A program made the translations under genes and the position numbers. The notes beneath the pieces are model-generated. The model was given only the letters and a program-made list of their open reading frames with translations. It did no database searches and was not told the DNA's origin. 64,000 nt of DNA, from assembly GCA_951406725.2 (NCBI GenBank), contig OX597817.1, positions 162,998,001 through 163,062,000 on the forward strand, written 5' to 3'. The DNA comes from Octopus vulgaris. Taxonomy: Eukaryota. This document shows positions 51,886 to 64,000 of this stretch, in pieces. How positions within the stretch are numbered: position 1 is the stretch's first letter; each line of letters opens with the position of its first letter.

Positions 51886-54800
51886 TTTGTTGATAAAGTA
51901 GCTCAGTATGTTGAACCATGATAGTTGACTGCTGTGTTTGTAGGTGAATAAATAATTCCATGTTGGGAGGGAAAACAGGTTGAATTGGTGGTGAAGGTGT
52001 CGATGGTAGAGGAAGTTCAAGGAAGTCTTGAGTGACTGAGATAAGTCAGATTTTAGAATATTGGAATTCAAAAATGCAAAGAAGCAGATTGGGATACAAA
52101 ATGAAAATGTATGACAAATTCCCCCAATAAACCATTATTCTTCAACAAAAGATTACACCATTGCCCAACCAATTGAAACAAGTTTCTCAGGGATTTTTTC
52201 AAATGATTTGCTGAAAATTGTAAATTTTTCAGTGTGTTTATATATCTCAAAAGCAGTGTTAATTAAGAGTCATTGGTGGGAGTATAAAGCTGGAAAGAAA
52301 CTAGAGAAGAAATCGACATCAAAATACCATTAGATGAGTTTATTTCAGTTTAGGATGACAGACATATTTCTTGACAGATAACTCACATTATCGGATACCA
52401 TGAAATAAGCTGAAAATTTATTCCCCTCTATTGACTATAAATTGGTACATTTAAATCTGTATAGGTTTACACTTTCTAAGAAGACGAATATAAACTGTCA
52501 TTATATATCAAGACAGGATAATTCGAGGAGACTATTCATACTGCGCTACATTCGTAAATAGTACTGTAAAGAGTTCAAACATTGAAATAAATATGCCATG
52601 AGGAATTTGTTAGTAATTTGTTAGTTCTTAACTTAACCTTTAATATACCTATACTGTTGTTGATATATACATATTATATAAAACCATCTTTTATTACATT
52701 TAACATTGTTTATTCTTTTACATTTAACTATATTATTTCTTATAAAATCCATTTGAATGAAATAAATCAGCTTGTTAGTTGCTTTAAAATGTCTGGAATT
52801 TCACCCCCCAATTTCACACCGTTTAATAATTGTACTAGAATTCTTCCCCAAATCACATTTGTTAGCTCTATTCCCTTCACTTTCTCTCTCAACTATTAAC
52901 TGTCTATTATCAAACTGTCTGTCATTTTGAAAAGGTAAGACTCAATATTCATTGTTTTTCATAAAAACATTTAAAGTTTTGATTTTACATTGTTTGTACA
53001 GTCTTATCCATGTATATTTGTCTGTTTCTATTTTATGTTTAGTTATCTTAAATTTGTTAATCTTTTCCATAGGTTTGCTTTTGAAATGCTGTGTCTCTTC
53101 TATCTTTCTCTCTCTTCTTTCTCATAACTTTTGTGAACTTAGCATCTATTTCTTCTCACTGGTTTCATATTGTTTATGTTCTGTTAAGTTTTTCTCCACT
53201 GTTTTGTTATATTTGCAAAGATTTTAAAGGTGAAATGTTTAAAAATATTTAAGAAGTTGGTTTTATTTATAAGAGTTATATCTCTCTGTTTTAATTAAAC
53301 TATTTGTTTGTAGTCCAATTTCATGATATTAATATTTTGTTTCTTTGTTTTTATTTTAATCTATAAATATCTGTATTTGGTGCAAATAATAACCATTAAG
53401 TGTTTAGTTTAGTTAAGAACCTTCTTTAAAACGACTAACTGACTTTGTCAAAGATTAGCCTTCTAAACAACTTTCACTCTGTTTTATATATACTATTAAT
53501 ATAACATTGAGTTTACTAATGACATATAAGGAAAAGATTGTTTCTTCCTGTCTTATTTACTCTCTTTTTAAAATATTTTGGCAAGTTATTTTAGAATCTC
53601 TCAATAAAGGAAGGTTTATGTAAAAGTGGTTATACAATTGAAACTATTATGTATAAACGTAGTCACAGTTCACTGACTGAAAACAATGATAGACTAATTT
53701 AAACTAAGATTAATTAATCTTATTACACCTAAAATATTTTTTTCATGGTATAATTAACCTGAATTTTTTTTTGCATGGTTATATGTGCTTGATTCTTGTC
53801 TTTAAAAAAATCAACTCAATATTGATAAACAGCTATATATTTTGGGTAGAGAATAACAAATGGTTAAAGAAAATTATAATAATAATAAGTTTAGAAATTA
53901 AACAAATCTTCTTGAATTTAGAATCACAAGACCTCTGCAGAATATTGCTTCTATAGATGCCAAAAAACTAGTTGTTTCAAATTGTCTCTGTAAAATGATT
54001 TTTTAACCAAGATTCTCAGTTGGAAATGTAATTTATTTATAAGCCATTCTAAATACTAAAAATATAATTATTATAATGAATTATTAAGAAGTTGCAGATG
54101 AGATAGAAGCAGCATTTTAATATTAATTTCATGAAGTACTAGCTTCTTCACTTTCATGTGTATTCATAGTTACACTATGATTTCATTGCTTTGATCTCTA
54201 ATTGTATATATATGTGTGTGTGTGTGTGTGTGTCACTGTGCCCCATTGTTGACATCCCACAGTTATGCTTGAGTGAAATAGTGAATGAGGTTTATATTCC
54301 TTGATGACATTATGATCAGTTGGTCTGTGCTTTCAAAAATGTGTAGAATATTTAAAAAAATCCCTTATTTAGGTGAGCAGGTAAGTTTTGATGATAAGAG
54401 CATCTAACCATTAAATCCTCCCTGTCTAACCTATGTTAGCTTGGAAAAATTGATGTTAAAAACATGAATAAACAAACAATATATATATATACATATACAC
54501 ATACTTGTTTTTAATGACCACTTTTTGATGTTCACATGAGCTGGACAGAATTTCTGTGGCTGGATGCCCTTCTTGTTGCTAACCCTCACCTCTTTCCAAG
54601 TAAAGTAATATTCAATCATGACAAGACATGTTTTCCTAGATGACTGGAAATTAAGGACACCATTTGTATGGTGTAGCACTTGTTTTACAACTACTGCATG
54701 AAGTCAAGGCATGGACTCAGTAACACACACACAATGGTTTCAGCTTCCATGTAGCAGATCCACTGACAAAGCTTAGCCTAACTCAGAGTGATGATAAAAG

Positions 54801-56354
54801 GCACTTGCCCAAGTTGTCATGCAGTAGCACTCACATTACATTAAATCACCCATCCATCCTAATGACCCAAATTACCTTTCACCATGTCCTATGTTTACCT
54901 TTTTCCCTGTTCCTTCTTGTCTCTCTTGTCCTCCCCCTATCAATCATGTCATTACAACGTTTCCCCTCACTCCCCCTTGCATCCCTCTATTCTTTCCCAA
55001 CTCATATGATTCATTGGTCATCACCCTTCGACTTTACTCAACCTTTTTACAGTTTTGGGCTGCCTTCCCTATCCCCTCATTCCTGCTCTCCGTACAATCT
55101 TGCAAATTTCCTGCACCAATCTCCTACCACCCATTCACTTCTACCCACCTTGGGCCTTGAGGGGAACACAAAATGGTGTTTAAAAAAAACTGTAGGAAGT
55201 TAACAAATGGAAAGAAAAAAAATTGTAACAACCTATCAGTCTGTAAGTTAGGAAATAATTTAAAACCTTTCCTGCTACATCTACTTGTTAACTTAAACTA
55301 TATAGTTTTCAATTATGAAAATAAAACAGTTTAGTTTTCTCTGTAACATGCAAGCTCAATTCTTGTTTAAGATATGAGATTGAATTTGTACTATTTCCCA
55401 CCCTTTTCTCCATTGAGTTTTATTTTATATAATAATTTCTTTTGTATAAAAAATAATTTCTTTGCTGGTGCACTTTGTGCACGGTTATCACAGTCACTGC
55501 TCTTATGCTCCCTTTAACAGCTGCACTGTTGAATGCACAGCTTCACCGCAACAGTCTGGCAGATATCAAATATTATTCCTCATATTTCAAACACAACTGC
55601 ATGTTCTTTTTTTTTTTTTTCTTCACTTCTTTACTTTTTCTCAATAACTTTCTACTCTCTTTGATAATCCTTCCCCATTCTATGTCCTGCTTACTGTGAC
55701 TTTGTATATTTACTTCTGCTTTTGTTATTCTGCTTGCATATAGTTTATCCTTTAATACCAGAAACTGGAGGAAGCATATGGCTAGAGGAAGTGAATCTTA
55801 TATTTCTGAGATTTCCTAGTTATCTTAAAGGAAAACTGAAACCACACGCACTTCATAATCTGTTTGTTCTAGTTTGTTCAAAATATAATCATGTCAACCC
55901 TACATTCAGTTGAATTGTCAAACTTGTAGATCATGAATGACATCTATGATTCCTTACAATGATTGAGTGAATAATTAGGTGACACCTCTTGCTATTATAT
56001 AATATACTAGAATTATTAATTTATTAGGTCAAACATAAAAATAAACAGACACAAGAGTGGTTATGTGGTAGGGTTGTTAACCTGCTCAAAATCTGACGTG
56101 TTGATTAAAATAACCTGAATTGATAGTGACAGATATTGAGGTCTTATAGTATTATATCATTATCATCATCATTTAGCGTCCATTTTCCATGCTAGCATGG
56201 GTTGGACGGTTTAACTGGGGTCTGTGAAGCCGGAAGGCTTCATCAGGCCCAGTCAGATTTGGCAGTGTTTCTACGGTTGGATGCCCTTCCTAACGCCAAC
56301 CACTCCGTGAGTGTAGTGGGTGCTTTTTACGTGCCACCTGCACAGGTGCCAGAC

Positions 56355-56396
<42 letters not shown>

Positions 56397-56748
56397 ATAT
56401 AAAATGTATTTTTAAAAAGTTGCTTTTCAGAGACTTGATTACAGAGAAAAAAGAAATTGGCATTTGTCTATTTTGTATATTTTAAAAAAATTTGGTATAC
56501 CATAGTATACTTATATATTTATAACACAGTTATGGGATATACTCTGATAATTGTGCTGTGCTGCCAATAACACAAACTGACTACTTGAAGTCTGTTTAAC
56601 TTGTTGCCTTGATACAAAGATGTATTAACTTTTAAAGATACAGAAAATGTCTTAATTTCCATATTGAGTAAATTTGTATAGTGATGTTACTGTCACAAGG
56701 AAAAAATTAGCTAAGGAGTGACATACTCAATTATCCTAGTACATTTAA

Positions 56749-57220
56749 CCCTTTCATTACTGTATTTATTTTGAGATGTTCTTTGTTTCTTTCAATTAAT
56801 TTAAATATAACAAAGAAATTAGTAAAATAACTTAGTTATCATTCAGCTAGTGTTAGGAACATAAATTGTGACTAAGGTTTGGTGGAAGATTTTAATTCAA
56901 AACTTATGAAAACAAGATATTTGTACTTGGAGCCAGAGCCGGTTTCAGTCTGGTTGGTATCAAAAGGGTTAAGAATTGTTTCTCTATTATATATTTTAAC
57001 CCTTTTGTTACCATATTTATTTTGAGATGCTATGTGTTTCTTTCAATTAATTTTAAATATAACAAAGAATTTAGTAAAAGAACTTAGTTATCATTCAGCT
57101 AGTGTTAGGAGCATAAATTATGACTAAGGTTTGGTGGAAGATTCTAATTCAAAATTTATGAAAACAAGACATTTGTACTCGGAGCCAGAGGTGGTTTCAG
57201 TCTGGTTGGTAACGAAAGGG
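56749..57220. mobile_element. Two adjacent same-orientation piggyBac-type MITEs, family 1 (56749-56968 and 57000-57220)
   Basis: Each is bounded by TTAA with CCC...GGG ends. A truncated copy lies at about 26314-26509. Confidence 0.87.
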
Positions 57221-58934
57221 TTAACAGGCATTAAAATGGATAAATATCTGGTTAATAGATTGTTATAGTGTGTTGACCTAATACTAGATACTCCATTGCT
57301 TATTGGTTTTACATGCTACTTTGCAGTTAAGGTAGAGGTGGGTGGTGGGGAGATAATGCCCAGCTTTCCAGATACAGGCACTTCATTCTACCTTTATATT
57401 CCTTGAACTTCTGAAAGTCCCAGTAGTATGAAAGTTGAACAGATGAATCTGGAGGATTGTCTACATGCACACGCATGCACAAACGCACATACAAACACAC
57501 AGACACACACAACTACTATTTGATTTCACACACAAATACTAGAGATAAAAATTAACTGGATAAATCTTGGGGACCACACGTATTGTTCTGGCAAAGAGAA
57601 AGAGTCATAATAAGCCCAAAAAATAATAAGATCAATAAATATGTTTATACTATGTAGCTTCTTCCTTATTCCTTAATTTCAAATTCGAACGTGCAATCCT
57701 ACCAAATATTATGAAGAATTGGTTATCTCCCTTATATTAACTGTCAGTTAAGGCCACTGCATGTGCCTTAAATATTTATTGATGCTTTATTACTCTTATC
57801 TTTTCTGAATTCAATGACTAGCTACAGTATTTCAGTGTCTTTTATTGAAACTTCGTATTTCTTCATTTTCACTGCGTTAGGTATCCACCTGATTATGAAG
57901 GCCATTTTACAGAGAGCATATCCACAAACTAGTTTTAGTTTCCTGTTGTAGCTGCTAACTAAAACTGTGTTTTAAAAATAAGCTTATTGACGTATGTAAA
58001 TTCTGAAAAGATGTAGTCTAAGGATATTTTTATTTCAGTTCATGGCTTTTTAAAAATTATTATTATTTTTAAAAAATCTTTTTTGTTGAAATAATTTTAT
58101 TTTTGTTGCAAATCATGAGGAAGGAATAAATATTTTGTGTTGGGGAGATCAGATGAGTTAAGTAATTAGAATCCACTTTGTTCTTCAATGAATAAATTAT
58201 TGGCTGGTTAAGTATATTTAAGTATATTAAGCATTTAGATTTAACCTCAATAATAATATGAAGTATGTGTAAGTATAGGATTAAATAAAGCAGTTTGAGT
58301 GTAATACTTTCTAAAATTATACTACACCTTGGTACACCTTATGCCCCACTTAAAAGTTGCTGATATTTACCCTAATTTTATAAAAAAATACAAAATGATA
58401 GATAGAATGATAGATAGATACATATTGATAGATAGAAATGATAGATAGAAAATAACTACATAGCTGTTGTTTTTACTTGAAAGTTAAAAATAATAACATT
58501 TTTATCTTTTTATAATACTCTGTGTCCATTAAACTAATCTGATTTAATTTGTTAATGTGTTTTAGCTTATTTAATATTTTAATTGACTTTCTATGATTAA
58601 TGTGACATAGTTAATGAAGGAAAATAACACAGGCAGTAGTAGTTGTTGAACCACAATTCATTCCTGACTGAGAATAACCCAAAGTCAGGGGCATTCTAAA
58701 TAGTCAGGGCATTCTACTGCTTTTGTATATCAAGGGCTATATTCAATTTATCTAAGGTAGTAGGGTGTGATTTGAGAAAGATTTGGTTGCTATTTCTTGC
58801 AGTTTCAATGACCAGGTAGAAGTTCCTTGATGGTTTGTAGTGCTCTTAAAAAAAAACCAAACTAATCAGTAAATTCAAATGAAATGTTTTATCAAATGAA
58901 GAAAAGTTTTCCCGCCATCAACTTGAAAAATTTA

Positions 58935-58993
<59 letters not shown>

Positions 58994-59922
58994 GTATAAT
59001 AGATATTATTAAACTTTTCAAATTGATGGAGTAAAATTTACACCATCTCTCTAACACTTTACTGAAGTAATGAACTCATTGCCTTTCTGTTCAACCACTT
59101 TCTCTGAAAATATGAAGACATAGGAAGAAGAGAATGGGCCATTCATTGTCAGACAGTCTTGCTCAACAAGAAGCTGACACTCAATCACTCAGTATACTGA
59201 AAATAGCTGCTAAGAATCTCACAAACCACATCTGTCTTAAAGGCTATATTGAAATATATATTGTAAAGTATAGAAGCCATCTTATCATGGCTAACCACAT
59301 TGGGGAGGGGGTGTTACTGTAGCTTTATAGCCCCAAGAGATCTTCGTCTCAAGCTGGCTTTAGACACAATATCTGTGTCCTTGGAGTATTTGCAAAGGGA
59401 GGCCATCCCTTCCTCGCTGCCTTTCATCATAGTTTTGTTTAACCATGAATTGTCAGAGAATAGCTCAACAACAAAGTATACTTATTTTGGGCTGATGAAG
59501 GAAGGTTTATATATGGGTACTCAACATTTGAGTCCTTATGGTGGAAGATGAAGAGTAACATCTAAAATAAATATGAAGTCCTTAGTCTTATCTTTAAACT
59601 GCAGCCTTGATCACAGATATATCTTTAATAACATATATCCTTGTAATAATGATAGAAGAACTGGAGAGCAGTATTTCTGATAGTATTATTAATAGAAACT
59701 TTTTTTCATATAATAATAATGATTTGTTATAATTGATAGTAATAATACTTTCTAATTTTGGTGCAAGGCCAGCAATTTTAAGGGGAAAGGTAAATTGATC
59801 ATATTGCCTCCAGTGCTCAACTGGTATCCATTTTATCAACCCCAAAAGGATGAAGGGCAAAATTGCTCTTTGTGGCATTTGATCTGAGACCATAAAATGA
59901 CTCTGCCAGTCTGCAACCTAAT

Positions 59923-59967
<45 letters not shown>

Positions 59968-60700
59968 AGTAATGATATTTTATTTTGAAAAATAATGAAA
60001 TAACTAATCTATGTTCAAATGCATCTACACTAATACAATTGGTCTAATATGATAAAAAAAATACATTTTATTAAATAATTTGAGTATATATTTTTTTCTT
60101 TTATTTCTTTCAGTCATTAAACTGCAAGACAAGTAAAAGAAAAAAAAATGCTCGAATCATTTAACAGATTGTTCTTTTTATATTATAGAGCATTCCTTAA
60201 TCGACAGTGTCTAAATCTGTGTTAAACAGCTGAAAATAAATGTTTTTTTCTTTCTACCATAATGTTAGTTGAATACTTGATATCCCCCCCCCCAAAAAAA
60301 TTTGTTTTAGCTGGTCACATCATTCTGATATGAACCTATTAACCAAATAATTGATTCATACTTGTTTGTTAACTCGCAAACTATGTATCAATAAGTAGGT
60401 ACCCTAGGTGTTATATCTCAATAGAATAGATAAAAGGGGCTACTGTTTCATTACCAATTTCAGCCCTGTCAATTTTCCTTCTCATATATATTAGGAAGTT
60501 AACTTTTATAGAAATACTGTAGAAACTGTTAAATTTTCATGATATGGATCTGACATTTCTTAATGTTCTTAAATGAATCAACTAACTAAACAGTGACACA
60601 TGATAGTGTTTTATTCAATAATTTCCTTCCCCTGTTTGAAATGTCAGAAAAGAAATTTCTGTTTAGTTTTCAATTAAAATTAAATAGGTTTGTTATTTAG

Positions 60701-61130
60701 TTCAGTATTTGGCAATTTGCTGGATACTTGATTTGAGGATATTCAAATATTTCTTTATACAATTTAATATGAAGCTAGTGACTAAAAAGAAAGAAAAAAT
60801 TCTCTAAGAAAACAAGATTTCGTATTGAAAATATCTTTAGATTATTTTTGAAAGATTTCAAGAAATTTATGATTCTTTTGAAAATTATTATTTTAAAATT
60901 CTTTTTCTTTTTTATTCAGTATTTGGCAGTTTGCTGGATACTGGGTTTGAGGATATTAAAATATTTTATACAATTTAGTATGAAGCTAGTGACTAAAAGG
61001 AAAGAAAAAAAATTCTCTAAGAAAACAAGATTTCTTATTGAAAATATCTTTAGATTTTTTTTTGAAAGATTTCAAGAAATTTATGGTTCTTTTGAAAATT
61101 ATCATTTGAAAATTCTTTTTCTTTTTTATT
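60701..61130. repeat. Diverged direct duplication, about 214-bp unit, 2 copies, just upstream of the last acceptor
   Basis: TTCAGTATTTGGCA... starts at 60701 and 60915. Confidence 0.9.
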
Positions 61131-61182
61131 CAATTGATTTGTTTTTTTATTGCTTATATTTTTCATTTTTCTTTTTCTTCAG

Positions 61183-61378
61183 ACGACCTGAGGGATCAGA
61201 GGCACGGCCAACATCCCTTGAAGAAAAGATGTCAAGAAATCCTGATCACATTGGCGGTTATCGTTTAGCACTTGCAACATTTGACGGTCTGGAATCAAAA
61301 TTTGGTCTATGTTTACCAAAGTTTAAAACTCCACAAATTATCCCAACAACATCTTTGCAACCTACTTCTCCTCAGTAG
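61183..61378 (+). CDS. SLC25A12: Aralar/citrin terminal coding exon L: [64 protein letters not shown]
   Basis: Long pyrimidine tract plus CAG, phase 2. Conserved [24 protein letters not shown] motif. TAG stop. Confidence 0.97.
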
Positions 61379-62880
61379 AATTCCCATCTCAGGCAAGGAT
61401 CTATGTATCTTAAGTTAAGGCTAGCAAATTAATCTAAGACATTTTGTTCTGTAAGATACCATTGTGTATAAAAAAAAGAAGAAAAAACCCCAACAAAAAT
61501 ATAACAAAAACTACGTGAATCATTCACATGAAGAAAATCTATTATTACTATTATTATTATCATTATTACTATTATTTTTGTATTATAATTATTTATATTA
61601 TTGTTATTATCATTGTTATTTGTAAAAATAAAACCGACAAAAAAATGTAACATTGGAGATAAGAAAAGGAAATGAGAGGGAAAAAAATGGATTTAAAAGA
61701 TATTTTTGTTATGATATGAACAGGCAAATATACACAGTGTTTTGTGTTATGAATTCTAGGTGAAATATTGCTATTTTCAAAAGTTTGCAACAACTGAATT
61801 GATTACGGTTCTCTTTAAATCATTGAATACTGGTAAATTGTGACTTACTCATCAAATGTTGATGTTCAATTATTTTTAGTTGATACGTTTTATCATTATT
61901 ATGATTATATATTTTTTACCCACCATCTTGGATTTCTTTTCATTCTTAATTAAAACCAGACAAATAAAAATACCTAGATAGATGTGTAGCAGCCAAGGAA
62001 AAACAAAATAGTTTTTAAATTCAAGGGATTTAATTGCATTTGTTATATGTGACATATATCGTCCAAATTTTCCCTCTGTTATGATAGATATTTCATCCTA
62101 ATAACCAACAGCAATACGACAATTGCTCTCTTTTCATTAGAAATATATTTTATTGATTCAAATGTTTATTATGAATGTGTTTCTCACTTTAGAGATGTAC
62201 ATTAACTATTAGTTTATCGAGTGTTTTTACTTAATCATATTTACATTTAAAAAGACTGAAGACTGTGACATAAGACTTAAATGCTGTCACTCATCATCAA
62301 AAGTCAAGTGGAAAGGAATATTGTCATCTTTTATTATAACAGTTTCTTTCCTTGTGATATAACCAAATTAAGAACAATTATTTTAAACTCTTTTTGAGTA
62401 TTAGAATCTCATTTTATAAACCTTGTTTTAAGATATGCCATTTAAAAAAATTTTTATTTTTATTCAGTTTAACAATTTTTGAAAAACATTTTTTGCATTA
62501 TAACCAGTTTATTTAATTGGATTTACTCCCTATCCTTCCAACACTTAACATTTATTTAATTCAATGTTTTATATAATAATGCATAGGGAAAGTTTTTGCT
62601 CATTACTTCATCAATTCCATACCATTTTACTCACTATAAACACTGCTTTATTAAAATTTTTTTCTCAACTGTCAGTCGCTACTAGTTTAGCTAAGTACTA
62701 TGCAACTTTCAGAATCTGAGAAGAACTGGTATTTTTAATGCCAATTCTCTTCGATGTTTTTCTTTTTCTGAAAACAAGTTTAAAAAGGAATTATCCGTTA
62801 TATTCTATTAAGAGAGATGCCAGAACAAGTTGTTAACATTTGTTGTTATTCTGTTTCTGCTGTTCTGGCTCAGCATGTCT
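61379..62880 (+). other. Probable 3' UTR / downstream region; true end not determinable
   Basis: AT-rich and free of recognisable transposons after the stop. AATAAA near 61627 and 61963. Confidence 0.45.
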
Positions 62881-64000
62881 TCATATTTCAGCCAGCTGGC
62901 AGAATCATTTAGCATGCTGAACGAAATGCTTTGTAGCATTTCTCCCAGCTCTTCATGCTTTGAGTTCAAATGCCACTGAGGTTGACTTTGCCTTTCATAC
63001 TTTCAGGGTCAATAAAACAAGTACCAGTGGAATACCGGGGTTAATGTAATTGACTTACCCCCACCTCTCAAAATTGCTGACTTTGTACCAAAATTAGAAA
63101 GAATTTTTCAGAGATTAGTTTTGCCTGTGAGTTGAGGTTTCATTACATATTACTTATAGCTTCTGGAAATATTTTAGTATTAATAGAATTTTCACTAGCT
63201 CAAAAGTAGTTTTGCCTTTGCAATTAGAAGCACAATAGCTGTGAGATTAAGGTGTTGGACTGTTTACCACATGGTCACAAGTTCAAACTTTACTACTATA
63301 ACCATTCTATTGTACTTCTGTATAATGCACAGGACTCTACTTTTCCAGTCTCTAGTATTTTGGACTAGTCTCAGACAAAAATGTCTTTGGGCTCTACTCT
63401 TTCACTGCAGTTTGTCTGAAAGAAATTTCATAGCTGTAAGAATAATGGCAATTTGTATAAACAACTATTTCAGCAAATAAATATACTACCCATGCTAGCT
63501 TGGTATAAATGAGTAAAACTATCCCCATCAATTATTTTTATTAATTCAGTTCTTGTAGAATTAGATAATTTATATTTATACTTTGCCGGTGAGTTTGAAT
63601 CTCTACATAATTCCACTCCAGTTATCGAGCTGTGTATGAATCCCGGTTCACCTAATCTTTGAATCATGCTTATGTATTTGGTCCCAGATCAATTAACTTG
63701 CCTGGCATGTACACCTCTGAAATATCTCATTTTTATCTCTAAAGAAGGAACCTGGTGTCAAGGATACTTCCTGAATTTTCATATTGATTTCTTTAAATGA
63801 AAGCATTTAGTATTCTCACTTTCTTATTAGAGAAACAGCCTCTGATACTTAGCTGATGGCTAGGTAGGAACCTAGAATCAAAATCATTGTCTCATGGCTG
63901 TTTTTCTTCAACTAATAGGAGTCTATGATCAAAACCATTTTTGCTTCTGGGAGGGTTTTCTTTGCTCATGTCATAACATGTACAGTAATTTAAAAGAGGT

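Noticed and set aside
52866-52934. Possible exon ending at AAG|GTAAGA
   Set aside because: In-frame stop in the required phase and poor acceptors.
60848-61182. N-terminal part of the 176-aa ORF
   Set aside because: Intronic low-complexity sequence that happens to be open. Homology starts only after the acceptor at 61182.

Overview
AT-rich, repeat-dense eukaryotic genomic DNA, most likely an octopus (inferred from recognising the SINE families). One protein-coding gene runs on the + strand across almost the whole window: a calcium-binding mitochondrial aspartate/glutamate carrier (aralar/citrin, SLC25A12/13). I traced 12 consecutive coding exons with GT-AG boundaries and matching phases, from the C-terminal EF-hand region through all three carrier repeats to the stop at 61376-61378. 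The 5' exons lie upstream of the window. Introns are filled with SINEs, non-autonomous Helitrons, piggyBac-, mariner-, hAT- and Merlin-like MITEs, LINE 3' fragments, a 3.2-kb satellite and local duplications. Almost all ORFs in the supplied track are repeat artefacts. The most notable observations are two candidate frame-preserving microexons (18 nt and 24 nt) absent from the ORF track, several intronic fold-back palindromes and inverted element pairs that could form dsRNA, and an apparently SINE-derived satellite with a variable 28-bp sub-repeat. I see no convincing novel multi-gene system. All coordinates were counted by eye; repeat boundaries are approximate.
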